NCBI GenBank assembly: GCA_951406725.2
Contig: OX597841.1
Coordinates: forward strand, 1,922,001 to 1,986,000
Source of the DNA: Octopus vulgaris
Taxonomy: Eukaryota
DNA length: 64,000 bases
Reading direction: 5' to 3'
Shown here: one piece after another, positions 22,747 to 64,000 of the stretch
Numbering within the stretch: position 1 is the first letter of the stretch
How the letters are laid out: every line of letters begins with the position of its first letter
Position numbers and translations under genes: made by a program
The notes under the pieces: model-generated
Databases searched by the model: none
What the model was told of the DNA's origin: nothing
The model's input: only the letters and a program-made list of their open reading frames with translations

Positions 22747-23103
22747 TCTCTCATTTCACCCTTTTACATTCTCCATCTCAGCTGTGGCTTTTCTTTCTCT
22801 CTCTCCCTTTTAACTCGAACTGGAAAGGTCTGACCGGAGGTTATTCGGTTGACAACACTTACACACACACACACATACACACACACGCGCGCACATACAC
22901 AATATATATACATACATACGTATTTATATAGCCAGCACACATTCATACATACACATATATCTCTACACTCACAACTGATATTTAAATTGAGAGGCAGGGC
23001 GGCTTATATATATATATACATACGTATTTATATATATATTATATAGATTGCTGTGTATATATAGTTATATATTATTTACTATATACACAAAAGAAGTAGA
23101 AAA

Positions 23104-62758
<39,655 letters not shown>

Positions 62759-63485
62759 AGACACGCCTAGGCGGGCAAACGGATGTGCTATTTATCCACA
62801 ACCACCACCACCACCATCTCATCATCACCACCATCATTGACTACACCGCCACCACCATTGTCATCACTACTACCACAACCGCCGCCGCCACCACCACGTC
62901 ACGCACTCTACTTTCCCTTTCCCTCCATGGCTCTGGGCTGTTGCTGTCATCTGCCAATGAAGCCCTATTCTCTCTCTCTCCCCTCTCCCCACCCCCCAGA
63001 TACTTACCGTGTTACTCTTCAGAGGCACATTTCTGTTCATCTCCCTTGCCCCCCCCCCCCCCACGTATGTACACACACAGATACATATAGAAAAGCATAT
63101 AAACACATAGATACACATACACATATATACACACACACATATGTATATACATACATAAGCGAGTATAGAAATACACACACACATACGCACACACATACTG
63201 AAATATAGATGCTGGATACCTCTGATTCACCTATCATTTGATGCTGGAGACATTTCTGCCCACCACTATCTAGGACATCACCATTAGCAAACCTCACATC
63301 TGCACCCATAAGAACAGCATCCAGAGTAATAATAATGATAATAATGATATGGAAAGAGGAATATTCACTTAGTCTTTCCTCTTTCTCCCTTTATTTTGTT
63401 TTACCATCTAATGGAAGATAAAGTGTGTGTGTGTATATGTGTGCATGTGTGTGAGGGATGATCAAATAGTATTGGGAGTATAGGC

Positions 63486-63904
63486 AGGTGGCGAGCTGGC
63501 AGAATCGTTAGCACGCCGGGCGAAAATGCTTAGCGATATTTCGTCTGCCGCTACGTTCTGAGTTCAAATTCCGACGAAATCGACTTTGCCTTTCATCCTT
63601 TTCGGGGTCGATAAATTAAGTACCAGTTACGCACTGGGGTCGATCTAATCAACTTAATCCCTTTGTCTGTCCTTGTTTGTCCCCTCTATGTTTAGCCCCT
63701 TGTGGGCAATAAAGAAATAGGTATTTCGTCTGCCGGTAATGTTCTGAGTTCAAATATTGCCGAGGTCGACTTTGCCTTTCATCCTTTCGGGGTCGATAAA
63801 TTAAGTACCAGTTACGCACTGGGGTCGATCTAATCGACTTAATCCCTTTGTCTGTCCTTGTTTGTCCCCTCTATGTTTAGCCCCTTGTGGGCAATAAAGA
63901 AATA
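63486..63904 (+). mobile_element. SINE family B tandem dimer with TSD
   Basis: agtatagg at 63477-63484 and 63905-63912 flanks both units. Confidence 0.85.
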
Positions 63905-64000
63905 AGTATAGGGAGTGATGCTGTAAAAAGAGACCGACAACACATATCAATTTGGCATTTAGTCTTCTTCCAATTTTTCCCCTTTTGAAACCACGCACCT

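Overview
This is animal genomic DNA, most likely from a coleoid cephalopod such as Octopus. That is an inference from the KRAB-less C2H2 zinc-finger cluster, the dense tRNA-derived SINEs, the RTE LINE relics and the (TA)n/(TG)n microsatellites. The left 13 kb holds three single-coding-exon C2H2 zinc-finger genes; two of them form a head-to-head inverted duplication. Positions 23104-62758 (+) hold a complete 14-exon class I histone deacetylase (HDAC1/2, Rpd3 orthologue; 1428 nt CDS, 475 aa) that I assembled by hand, with a 20.2 kb first intron. The rest is mobile DNA: three SINE families, a (GAT)n-tailed non-autonomous element, RTE LINE relics, mariner, piggyBac-like and pogo remnants, fold-back inverted repeats and minisatellites. 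The most notable unannotated signals are: (1) a type I hammerhead ribozyme fold antisense in HDAC intron 1; (2) a compact H-type pseudoknot module in the (GAT)n-tailed element, amplified about 12-fold in tandem in intron 13; (3) an upstream palindromic motif, 5'UTR architecture and N-terminal peptide shared by all three ZNF paralogues. Most ORFs in the supplied track are artefacts of repeats. Repeat boundaries are approximate.
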